64,000 nt of DNA. Origin: Macrostomum lignano (Eukaryota). The stretch covers positions 283,053-347,052 of the forward strand of contig NIVC01001075.1 of NCBI GenBank assembly GCA_002269645.1, given 5' to 3'. The translations under genes were made by a program, and so were the position numbers. Positions 29,036 through 40,762 of the stretch are shown piece after piece. The first letter of the stretch is position 1; the number at the start of each line of letters is the position of its first letter. The notes below the pieces were generated by a model that ran no database searches, was not told where the DNA came from, and was given only the letters and a program-made list of their open reading frames with translations.

Positions 29036-32000
29036 GGTTAGTTAGTTAGTTAGTTATTTAGTTAGTTAGTAGATAGCGAGAAAGAGCGAGCGAAGCGAGC
29101 TCTTTCGAGCTTGCTTGCCGCAGCCAATCAAGCTGAAAGCACGCACACAAGATCACCGGAAACGATTAAGGCAGCTGGAAAGCCAAAGGGCGCGGTAAGC
29201 GCTTTTATCCAGAGGAACTACCTGCTGGAACCAGCTATGCCGAACGAAAATCAGACTACTCAAGTAGTGCAAAAGAGTACGTGCAACTACCGAGAAATCT
29301 AATTTTCGTAACCGCTCCGGTGCAGGTCCTGGCTATAGATAGTAGATAGTAGTTAGTTAGATAGTTAGTTAGTTAGTTAGTTAGCATGCACTCTCTACAA
29401 ACAATTATGTTAATTTCCGCAAACTCTCCACAGGGGGTCCTCACCTTGGCCGTGTGGAACCTGCCCCACCTGCAGCTGATGTCGGAGATTCGTCTGCCAG
29501 ACGACTGCTGCAGCCTCACCCGCTGCGCCAGCGCTCTGGTCAGCGGACACGCCAGCGGTCACGTGATCCGCACCCGGGTGGCCACCGGCGACAGGCCGAG
29601 CGCCGCGCAGCGAGCCGCCACCCGGCCGGACCTTGACGCCGCGTTGCCAAGGACGCCGGAGCACTCGGCTGCAGTGGTGGCGGTGGACTCCCTGCTCGAG
29701 CGGGACCTGCTGGCTTCGGTGAGTCTGAGTCTATTCATGTCTGCAGTTGCTGGAGATCGTGTACTTCCGCTGATTTGGCGCTGATTTGTGATGCTAGTGG
29801 CGCTGATCTGAGATGCTAGTGGCGCTGATCTGAGATGCTAGTGGCGCTGATTTGAGATGCTAGTGGCGCTGATCTGAGATGCTAGTGGCGCTGATCTGAG
29901 ATGCTAGTGGCGCTGATCTGAGATGCTAGTGGCGCTGATCTGAGATGCTAGTGGCGCTGATCTGAGATGCTAGTGGCGCTGATCTGAGATGCTAGTGGCG
30001 CTGATCTGAGATGCTAGTGGCGCTGATCTGAGATGCTAGTGGCGCTGATCTGAGATGCTAGTGGCGCTGATTTGAGATGCTAGTGGCGCTGATTTGAGAT
30101 GCTAGCGGCGCTGATTTGAGATGCTAGTGGCGCTGATTTGGGATGCTAGTGGCGCTGATTTGAGATGCTAGTGGCGCTGATTTGAGATGCTAGTGGCGCT
30201 GATCTAAGATGCTAGTGGCGCTGATTTGAGATGCTAGTGGCGCTGATTTGAGATGCTAGTGGCGCTGATTTGAGATGCTAGTGGCGCTGATTTGAGATGC
30301 TAGTGGCGCTGATTTGAGATGCTAGTGGCGCTGATTTGAGATGCAGGAGGCGTTGAGTTGAGATTCTGGAGGTGCCGATTCCAGGTGCTAGAGGCGCCGA
30401 TTCCAGGTGCTAGAGGCACCGATGTTGAATGAAAATTCACGTAGCAATTATATAGCATTAATTCTAGTTGCCAAATTTTGCAAGGTGGACGCCAGCGGGC
30501 ACATCAAGATCTGGCAGGGCGCTGAGCAGCCCCAACTGACCCTGCTAGTCGAACTCAACCTGCTCGAGTCCTTGACGGCGGCGGGGTTTTTGAATTCACG
30601 CGGCGACCTGCTGCTATCGATGCGGAACCACCTGTTCCTGCTTCCGTTCCGGCGATGTCAGTTGGAAGTATTTTGTAACATTGCATGTCTAACATCCTTG
30701 AGAATTTCTGTCTAACATCTGTGAGGATTTCTGTCTAACAGGATATGAGTTTTGACACATGGAATCTCACAGGGTTTCAACCAACACATTCCAGACCTGC
30801 CCCAAGTGGTGTGGCCGGAGGCTGAATCGACTGAAGATGACGACAATGGAAGCATAGCAGGTAAAATAAGGATTTTTTAATTTTCTTAATGAAGAATGAT
30901 AAACTTAGAAAAAAATTCATACCCTCTACTTAAATTAGTTAAAAATGAAAATCATCATTCCAGCAGCTTGATGACAAGTAAGTAGATGGCTAAAAGATGG
31001 TAAATAACGTTTAATACACCCGAATAAACATGATCGATCACAATGCTGGATATTATTCAACTGAATCACGTGACTTACATTAAATGAACTATGAATTTTA
31101 GCTTCAGTTCTGTGCCTATACTTCTGCTAGAAATGCTACTATTGCTTGCTTCTATTCAATGTACAGGCTTATCTTATCTGTGACAGCCGATTTTCTCTCA
31201 TGATACAATTAACTTTAAATTTTTATTGCATGCCTCACAGCCAGCACTGGGCCTCTTTTAATTAGTTTTAATTAACTTTTCGATCAATTTTATTAGTTTA
31301 TTAGTCTCTTATCGTCGATAATATAATTTTGTGCTCAATTAATTACCTGTGTTAGTTGTCACAGCCTAATTTGGACCCGCAGAGTCCGACATACTCGAAG
31401 ATCCCGCCGTCGTTCACGAAGGAATTCAACAGGATCCGAATCCCATCGATTATGACTCTTATCTGGTATGCTTCGACTCTCTGTTGCATAGGCCAATCTT
31501 AATTACCAACTTTTGAACATGTTTTCAATGCTATTGGTATGTATAACTTCCCTTCAGAGTGACCTCCCTTCAGAGTGACCTCCTTTCAGAGTGACCTCCC
31601 TTCTGAGTGCCCTCCCTTCAGAGTGACTTCCCTTCAGAGTGACTTCCCTTCAGAGTGACCTCCCTTCTGAGTGCCCTCCCTTCAGAGTGCCCTCCCTTCA
31701 GAGTGACCTCCCTTCAGAGTGACCTCCCTTCTGAGTGCCCTCCCTTCAGAGTGACTTCCCTTCAGAGTGACCTCCCTTCTGAGTGCCCTCCCTTCAGAGT
31801 GACCTCCCTTCAGAGTGACCTCCCTTCAGAGTGACCTCCCTTCTGAGTGCCCTCCCTTCAGAGTGACTTCCCTTCAGAGTGACCTCCTTTCAGAGTGCCC
31901 TCCCTCCAGAGTGACCTCCCTTCAGAATGCCCTCCCTCAAGAGTGACCTCCCTTCAGAATGCCCTCCCTCCAGAGTGACCTCCCTCCAGAGGGACCTCCC

Positions 32001-35000
32001 TTCAGAGTGCCGTCCCTTCAGAGTGACCTCCTTTCAGAGTGACCTCCTTTCAGAGTGACCTCCTTTCAGAGTGACCTCCTTTCAGAGTGACCTCCTTTCA
32101 GAGTGACCTCCCTTCAGAGTGACCTTTGTGTGTTGGCCTTCTCTCCAGAGCTAACCTTCCTTATATTCTAATTTAAGCTGCGGTTAAAGTCACACAAAGC
32201 CGTGCTCGGTACGTCCTTCAGGCCCCATTCAGCGTGAAGCTCATCAAAGACTACTTGAATACGTCAGAGTTCTTGGCTGCCGACCTGCTCTCCGCTCGCG
32301 AAGCCGAAGAAGAACGAAAGGTAAGCCAAGCATAAACTGAGTATTTCCAGCTCTGTACTGCTACCTTTGCAAGCAAACAGATGCTAATAAGGTAGATCTA
32401 GTTTGAGTATTTTAAGCAAACATTTGGCAAAGCACTGCAGACTCGACTTAAAACTCTAATACCTCTCTCCTTCGGCACCAGAGAACTGAAGCAGAGGCGG
32501 CGGCTAACGAAGAAGGCGAATCAAACGGAGAACCCGAAGATGATGAAGAGGAGAGCTCGTGCAGCCTGACCAGCCTGCTCATCTCGGCCTCCGACCGGGC
32601 CAATTCCGCTCTGGCCGACGGTTCCACAACTTCGCTGGATTTGGAACAGCTGGCAGAGGCTACTCAGAACCTGGACCAAGAAGTTGAAAGTGAGTGTATT
32701 GATAAATGCGTGTGCATGTGACATAACTTCAGGAAGAACCATTCGTGGGGGGTCGGCACATCAAAAAGGATCATTAGGGAGAGGTGTCGGCACATCAAAA
32801 GGGATCATTAGCGAGAGGTGTCGGCACATCAGAGAGATCATTAGCGAGAGGTGTCGGCACATCAGAGAGATTAGCGAGAGGTGTCGGCACATCAGAGAGA
32901 TTAGCGAGAGGTGTCGGCACATCAAAGAGATCATTAGCAAGTGGTGTCAGCGATCATTAGAGAGGTGGTTAGGCGTGTCGGCACATGTTAAAAGGATCCT
33001 TGATGAGATTTTTCTACGCAGCAAGGGATCCTTAATGAATGTTGTCGGCACATCAAAGGATCAGGGTCATCAATAAATAAAGGGTTTTCGATGCATAAAA
33101 AATAACACGTAAGAAACGTGCACACAAATCATGAAAATTAGATACATTATACTGCACTATGAAGTCGCTTGCGGTAAAAGTATGCAGCCCACAGGAGGGT
33201 TCTGGACTAAATTTTTTTATGATCGCAGAAATGGGAAGAAACTTCGTCTATAGATGCTGCTTTGTTGGGACTTCCTCTCAGTATGAATTCACCATTCATT
33301 CACCATCCTTGCACCACAAAGAGATCCCCTCAATGCAGATGGAGCGTTCAACTCTTGGATTGAATTCCATTTTTCAGACATCCCGTCATCAACCAGAGCT
33401 CCAAGACTATAATAATTTTTCATCCCTACTCTACTATGCAAGAGAGGGAGTCCATTGTGCGACTGACTGGGGCAGGGGGCTGGAGCGGAAATCTCAATCA
33501 GTATTGCAATAAAAAGCAGAGAAGACGCCCACCAGGTCTGCAGCTCGCATCCAATTGTACTGAACCCGCAGGCTTAACCAGCCAGAGGTGCTGGCAGTTA
33601 CCTCATTTCGGCGAGTCGCCTGGAGCCGTCAGTGTCAGCCCAGAGCCTTCGGAGACCCCAACTCCGCCTGAGCAGCCACAGCAGCAGACTCAACCAGAGG
33701 CTTCATCAGAGAAGCCTCTGACACCGCAGCCGCTCCAGTCAAAGCCAGCCGCAGCAGCTCCTCAAGCGGCTTCTCGACCGGACAGCAAGTTGATTCAGTC
33801 CTTCACCCAGCAGCAGCAGCGGCAGCAGCAGCCAAAACCTGCCGCGCCGTCTCCCGCTGTGCTCAGCCAGCAGACAGTCAGGCAGCCGCTGGCGCCCAGC
33901 GCAGTCAGCCTGGGCTCCGGCCTGCCCGCCGCTTCCGACAAGCCGAAGCCGCAACGCCGTCCGGCGCCAACAAAGAAAGCTAAAAAGCAGCAACAGCAAT
34001 CGAAAAAGAAGCAGAAAGCAACTCCGGTTGAAACGCCTGCCGCTGCTGACCGTTTCGAGGTTGAAGTCGTTCCGTTCTCAGTGACAATGCCACTGCCGGA
34101 TGTTCAGGCGCAACCGTCGCAAGAGCAACAGCGACCAAAGCAGCCACAACCGCAGCCGCAGCCGCAGCCGCAAAGAACGTCTCGATCTCTGGTCGTGGAA
34201 ATTCCCAGCCTGCCGATTCTCACACCGAAAGAGCCGGCGACCTCGTCCGATGCTGCTGGGGCAGACAAGAGACACGCCAGCGATAAGGTTGGAGTTGTTT
34301 GGCAAGAAGTTTACCCGCAAATATACGAGTGTACGCATTATAACTCATCCGAAGCACTTTTGATTTCTGCAGCATCCGCAGAGGCCACGAGCGGCTCTGC
34401 TGTTCAGCGCGTCGAGTCGGCCAGAGTCGGCCACAGCTGCAGGTAGGACATTGAAAGTGCTCCTGAAATTGACAGAGCGGTAACGTACTCAAGGCAGAGG
34501 CTGTGGTGCAAATTAATCACACTTTCTCAGAAGATGAGAAATTTTCGTGCAGTTGTCAATGTTCGTCTGTTCGTGTTTACGGGTAATTACCTACGTCTTG
34601 TGTACCGCATCGGTTTAATAAAGGACACGAATTGCTTTGTAAAATTTAAATCCATGCCAATGGCTACCCATATATTCTCCGATGCAGAAGACGGCTCTAT
34701 GGGTATCAAAACCGACTTAGTAGAGGACCCGACGAAGACATCCTCGACTACACCGGCTCCACCGACGATGGTCACGGAGGAAGACCAACCGGATGAGTTG
34801 GGAAGCTTGTTGGCAGCTGGCGGAAGCGCTAACAGATCATCGCCGACTCAGCAGCTTGACGGCTACGCACAGCTTCACGAGCAGCGGGAGCAGCTGGAAG
34901 CTCTGCGCTCCGAATACGATCGCCTCGCCAAGAAAGTTGCAGCCGATTTCGGCAGCTCGGATGGGTGAGAGGCAGAGGCGACAGTGCTTTAGTGACTCAG

Positions 35001-36185
35001 ATTGCATTGAATTGCACTGATTAGGCTGCAATTCTACTTAGCAAGCAGTTTCTCTACTATAAGTAGTATAAAAACTCGTCAGCTCTCCTCCGCAACCCCC
35101 GCAGCAAGCTGCCAACGCGACAGTTCGGCTTGAAAAGCCTCAGCCCGGAGGAGCTGGTATCGCTGCACAGCCTCAAGCGGCTGGAGCGCGGCCTTCGCGA
35201 GCGCAGCGCCCTGCAACGCAAAGCCGAGCTGCGACTCGCCCGCCTGGCCAGCTGGGAAGCCCGGCCGAATCACGGCGACTGCGTCGCTCCGTCGTCGTCG
35301 TCGGCGTCGGCATCGGCGTCAAGGTCGACGTCGCGCACCGGCACAGCGTCGGAGTCTCAGCGTCATCGCCTGCGCTCGCAGTCGGCCACCGAGACTCGTC
35401 TCTCGGCCTTCCAGGCCAGCCGGGAGGCTACGGAGCTGCAGCTTCAGCAGCAGCAGCAGCAGCGGGCGCAAACTCCGGCGGCGTCGGCCTCCTCAAAACG
35501 GTTCGGCGCCTTGCCGCAGACGCCCTATCGGCTTCGAGGACTACAGCAGAATTATTCTACTGAGGATGGCAGATTCAACAGTCGGGGCGGCCAGTTCAAC
35601 AGAGACGACGCCCAGCCTGCGAATCCGTTCAGCCTGATGCGCCTCAGACACAGCGCTGCGTCCATTCCCAGCAGGCAATAGTGAGTGAGGCGTATGCGGC
35701 AATTGATGACTGTTCTCGGCTGGGTTTTTGATTGGCCTGCGCTTTCAAGGTCACTTGAAAAGTAGTATCTATTTTTAGAAACACGAGACTATTAACCAAC
35801 CAGGTCAATGGTGTCAGGGTTGGAGCTATTTATGTGTCTATTTTTAGAAACTCTTTCTTGTCAATCCGACTATCTGATTGGCTGGCTCTTTCAAGGTCAC
35901 ATCTATAGTTTCTATTTTTAGCAACAATTTTTTATACTACTAGGGCTCTGTGACATCTGCTGTTATTTCAGCACCTACGTGACACCGCCGCCCAGAATGG
36001 ATCAGCTGCACCAGGCGAGTTCAATCGACGCCGCCGTCACGGATGCCGCTCCTTTGTCGGTGCCCAGCCTTGCCGAGGAGCGTCTCATCCGACGTCGCTT
36101 CCCGAATCGCGTGGCCGACTGGGTGGGGCCTGGCGGAGTTTTCGCGCCTAAGCCGTGGACTTTTGCGATTGGCGGACAGCACTGA
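24509..36185 (+). CDS. Large WD40-repeat protein (~1527 aa) with long low-complexity C-terminus; architecture reminiscent of WDR87/WDR97
   Basis: Exons 24509-24668, 24793-24879, 24949-25079, 25158-25277, 25853-26079, 26607-26991, 27592-27888, 28462-28839, 29434-29718, 30485-30667, 30773-30860, 31383-31465, 32222-32320, 32482-32689, 33572-34287, 34373-34442, 34688-34964, 35105-35680, 35972-36185; phases consistent, 4584 nt. WD repeats: LLVTSSMDTEVKLWN, FLGHSQGITGM, ITASLDGSVRLWS, QAHRGPVTRLAWD, VDASGHIKIWQ. Family assignment is tentative. Confidence 0.82.
25385..25700 (-). mobile_element. Dispersed repeat resembling degraded Gypsy pol fragments, with a ~45-bp inverted duplication
   Basis: Reverse-complement homologue at 63505-63760; translations PPDRRDIQRFCQKVGFF, PCQASKFHQH and PDFVGPWPSPKRSFYSFNRW resemble RT-thumb and integrase motifs. 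Confidence 0.5.
26171..26590 (-). mobile_element. Second, diverged copy of the hAT MITE with expanded purine/pyrimidine tract
   Basis: CAGAGGTCGACAA end, preceded by TCGTAAAA (central TA); GGCCGGATAGAGAGGCTTCGCGGGC matches the reverse complement of 5080-5105. Confidence 0.7.
27060..27520. repeat. ~30-bp minisatellite (GATGGTCTGGAGCTGTAGTAGAGTTGCTCA), intronic
   Basis: Tandem copies with 18-bp deletion variants. Confidence 0.93.
27895..28415. repeat. 31-bp minisatellite (GAGTCACTCTGTGAGCTGTCTGAGAATGAGT), intronic
   Basis: ~16 copies starting just after the donor at 27889. Confidence 0.95.
28840..29385. repeat. (GTTA)n microsatellite interrupted by a ~262-bp insertion
   Basis: Starts at the donor GT (28840); unique sequence 29074-29335 splits the tract. 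Confidence 0.93.
29788..30345. repeat. 22-bp minisatellite (GATGCTAGTGGCGCTGATCTGA), intronic
   Basis: ~25 copies. Confidence 0.96.
31548..32125. repeat. 16-bp minisatellite (CAGAGTGACCTCCCTT), intronic
   Basis: ~36 copies. Confidence 0.96.
32745..33065. repeat. Degenerate ~30-33-bp repeat (GTGTCGGCACATCAGAGAGATCATTAGCGAGAG), intronic
   Basis: GTGTCGGCACATC anchor recurs ~8 times. Confidence 0.85.
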
Positions 36186-36494
36186 GTGACTGATTGCGTC
36201 TGGCGTAATGTCACTCAGCATGTCTGAAGTTTATCACTAAATCTTTGTCCAACCTTGCTAAATAAATAAAACTATGACAACTGGACCAATTAAATCACAT
36301 TTTTATAACGTTCTGCAGTGATTAAAAGATTTTCTACCGGTTTCCATGATTTTTTTAACAAATTTTATTCGTAATAAAACGTGATAGAGAGTATCGCAGC
36401 ATTATAGATGGGATAGAAACACTATGCTCTGAAGTTATAAATATCCACTCAAGCTTACAACTATCGATTCTCACTCATTCAGCATCGCCCTTCA

Positions 36495-37330
36495 CTCAGT
36501 ATCGACACTCATTCAGTATCGACACTCAATCAGTATCGACACTCAATCAGTATCGACACTCAATCAGTATCGACACTCAATCAGTATCGACACTCAATCA
36601 GTATCGACACTCAATCAGTATCGACACTCAATCAGTATCGACACTCAATCAGTATCGACACTCAATCAGTATCGACACTCAATCAGTATCGACACTCCAT
36701 CAGTATCGACACTCAATCAGTATCGACACTCAATCAGTATCGACACTCAATCAGTATCGACACTCAATCAGTATCGACACTCAATCAGTATCGACACTCA
36801 ATCAGTATCGACACTCAATCAGTATTGATACTCCATCAGTATCGACACTCAATCAGTATCGACACTCCATCAGTATTGATACTCAATCAGTATCGAAAAT
36901 TAATCAGTATCGACACTCAATCAGTATCGACACTCAATCAGTATCGACACTCAATCAGTATCGACACTCCATCAGTATCGACACTCAATCAGTATCGACA
37001 CTCAATCAGTATCGACACTCAATCAGTATTGATACTCAATCAGTATCGAAAATTAATCAGTATCGACACTCAATCAGTATTGATACTCAATCAGTATCGA
37101 CACTCAATCAGTATCGACACTCAATCAGTATCGACACTCAATCAGTATCGACACTCAATCAGTATCGACACTCAATCAGTATCGACACTCAATCAGTATC
37201 GACACTTACTCACTCAGTATCGACACTTACTCACTCAGTATCGACACTCAATCAGTATCGACACTCAATCAGTATCGACACTCATTCAGTATCGACACTC
37301 AATCAGTATCGACACTTACTCACTCAGTAT
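36495..37330 (+). repeat. 17-bp minisatellite (CAGTATCGACACTCAAT)
   Basis: ~48 copies; the same unit occurs inverted at 39610-40205. Confidence 0.96.
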
Positions 37331-37529
37331 CAGCATTCACTGCGAAAAAATAATTGTAGAAGTTTAAAGTACTCATAGACAGTAAATATTTGGGTCGATC
37401 AACAGTTAAAAAGTCCTGTTACCTACTAGCGACAATATATAGGTAAGAAAAATATAGAATGTTTAGGACAACAAGAGTAGGGTAATATTTTTTCATATTG
37501 TTGATAAAACTGTATATTTGACTAATTTA

Positions 37530-38270
37530 GAGGATCTTGACGCACTGATTACTGTAGGATCTTGACCCACTCAGTACTGTAGGATCTTGACCCACGGATT
37601 ACTGTAGGATTTTGACCCACTGATTACTGTAGGATCTTGACCCACTGATTACTGTAGGATCTTGACCCACTCAGTACTGTAGGATCTTGACCCACTGATT
37701 ACTGTAGAATCGTGACCCACTACTGTAGGATCTTGACCCACTGATTACTGTAGGATTTTGACCCACTGATTACTGTAGGATCTTGACCCAGTCATTACTG
37801 TAGGATCTTTACCCACTCAGTACTGTAGGATCTTTACCCACTCAGTACTGTAGGATCTTGACCCACTGATTACTGTAGGATCTTGACCCAATCATTACTG
37901 TAGGATCTTGACCCACCTATTACTTTAGAATCCTGACCCAGATTACTGTAGGGACTTGACCCACTCAGTACTGTAGGATCTTGACCCACTGATTACTGTA
38001 GGATCTTGACCCAATCATTACTGTAGGATCTTGACCCACTCAGTACTGTAGGATCTTGACCCAATCATTACTGTAGGATCTTGACCCAATGATTACTGTA
38101 GGATCTTGACCCACTCAGTACTGTAGGATCTTGACCCAATCATTACTGTAGGATCTTGACCCAATGATTACTGTAGGATCTTGACCCACTCAGTACTGTA
38201 GGATCTTGACCCACTAATTACTGTAGGATCTTGACCCACTGATTACTGTTGGATCTTGACCCACTCAACT
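37530..38270. repeat. 25-bp minisatellite (TACTGTAGGATCTTGACCCACTGAT)
   Basis: ~29 copies between the convergent gene ends. Confidence 0.95.
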
Positions 38271-38511
38271 TGAAGAACCCACTGCATGGCCAAAAATACA
38301 ATTAATTAATTTTTTCACATACTCTCCCCCCTGTTTTACACTGGCCGCCATTCATTAAAAGTTTATTATCGAAAAAATGAACTTCAAAAAGCAAACTTCA
38401 TGTATTTAATGTGTGCCAAGTGGACATACCTGTTGAAATTTCGGGGTAACCATTTCTAAAGAAGATTTCCTGATTGGTCAAGATCCGGCCCCTTACCCAC
38501 AAAGAGCCTCA

Positions 38512-40700
38512 CTAAGACCTGGCCCCGATTAATGGAAACACAGTGTCCGCATCGGCTAATCCATTGCCTCCCAGGTTGCGAATCTTGGCCAGCAGAGCTC
38601 CGCTGCGCCTCCATTGATTGCTGAGTAGTCGAGCCTCGGCCACGGCGGCCGGCAGATCGCACAGCTGGTCCACCTCCTGCGGCGTTTGGGATTGTAACTG
38701 TGACTGGCTAATTGTGACTGTGACTGACTAATTGTAACTGTGACTGACTAATTGTAACTGTGACTGACTAATTGTGACTGTGACTGACTAATTGTGAATG
38801 TGACTGTGACTGACTAATAGTAAATGTAACTGTGACTGACTAATTGTGAATGTGACTGTGACTGACTAATTGTGACTGTGACTGGCTAATAGTGACTGTG
38901 ACTGACTAATTGTGACTGTGACTGACTAATTGTGACTGTGACTGACTAATTGTGACTGTGACTGGCTAATAGTGACTGTGACTGACTAATTGTGACTGTG
39001 ACTGGCTAATAGTGACTGTGACTGAATAATTGTGACTGTGACTGACTAATTGTAACTGTGAGTGACTAATTGTGACTGTGACTGACTAATTGTGACTGTG
39101 ACTGACTAATTGTAACTGTGAGTGACTAATTGTGACTGTGACTGACTAATTGTAACTGTGACTGACTAATTGTGACTGTGACTGACTAATTGTAACTGTG
39201 ACTGACTAATTGTGACTGTGACTGGCTAATAGTGACTGTGAGTGACTAATTGTGACTGTGACTGACTAATTGTGACTGTGACTGACTAATTGTAACTGTG
39301 ACTGACTAATTGTGACTGTGACTGACTAATTGTAACTGTGACTGACTAATTGTGAATGTAACTGTGACTGACTAATAGTGAATGTAACTGTGACTGACTT
39401 ATAGTGAATGTAACTGCGACTGACTAATTATGAATCTGACTGTGACTTACTAATTGTGAATGTGACTATGACTGGCTAATTGTGAATGTGACTGTGACTG
39501 GCTAATTGTGAATGTGACTGACTAATAGTGAATGTGACTGTGACTGACTAATAGTGAATGTAACTGTGACTGACTTATAGTGAATGTAACTGTGACTGAC
39601 TAATTGTGAATGTCGATACTGATGGAGTGTCGATACTGATTGAGTGTGGATACTGATGGAGTGTCGATACTGATTGAGTGTGGATACTGATTGAGTGTGG
39701 ATACTGATGGAGTGTCGATACTGATTGAGTGTCGATACTGATGGAGTGTCGATACTGATTGAGTGTCGATACTGATGGAGTGTCGATACTGATTGATTGT
39801 CGATACTGATTGAGTGTCGATACTGATTGAGTGTCGATACTGATTGATTGTCGATACTGATTGAGTGTCGATACTGATGGAGTGTCGATACTGATTGATT
39901 GTCGATACTGATTGAGTGTCGATACTGATGGAGTGTGGATACTGATGGAGTGTCGATACTGATGGAGTGTCGATACTGATGGAGTGTCGATACTGATTGA
40001 GTGTCGATACTGATGGAGTGTCGATACTGATTGATTGTCGATACTGATGGAGTGTCGATACTGATTGAGTGTCGATACTGATGGAGTGTCGATACTGATG
40101 GAGTGTCGATACTGAGGTAGTGTCGATACTGATTGAGTGTCGATACTGATTGATTGTCGATACTGATTGAGTGTCGATACTGATGGAGTGTCGATACTGA
40201 TTTTGACTGTGACTGAGTAATCGTGAATGTGACTGTGACTGACTGTATCTACGAATGGGTGCTACTGTGTATCCTTGTGAAGGACAGTGACATAAAAGAA
40301 ATCTGCAGCAAACCACCTTCGGATCAACGCCCTCGTCCGTTTCATCCTCAACCCGGATGTCCAGCTTGGCGAGAATCTGACGCAGAAAGCTTGTCTGCGC
40401 TGCGCTCTCCAATTCCAGCTGACGTAGGCGAAGCTCCAGCTGCTGCGGCAGCCGCTGAGAATCCGAGCCGATGCCGCCGTGCTCGCGTTTGCCAACTCGA
40501 TAGCCTCTGGCCATCAGAGCGAAGTCAGCCCGAATTGTGCCCGAGTTCGACTTGGATTTATTTGGCTGTTGAGTTGCTGTCAGTTTTGCTTCCGGTTCGT
40601 CGATAGACTCGGACATCTGTTTCAATTCTGTCGAATGCACTTTAGTAGTGCAGCAGCTGGGGCGGCTGAATAGGCGGGAAAACTGCGGGAAGGAAAGGAG

Positions 40701-40762
<62 letters not shown>

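Noticed and set aside
33159-33512. 117-aa ORF inside a WD40 intron
   Set aside because: No recognisable motif or splice context; the gene model is phase-consistent without it.
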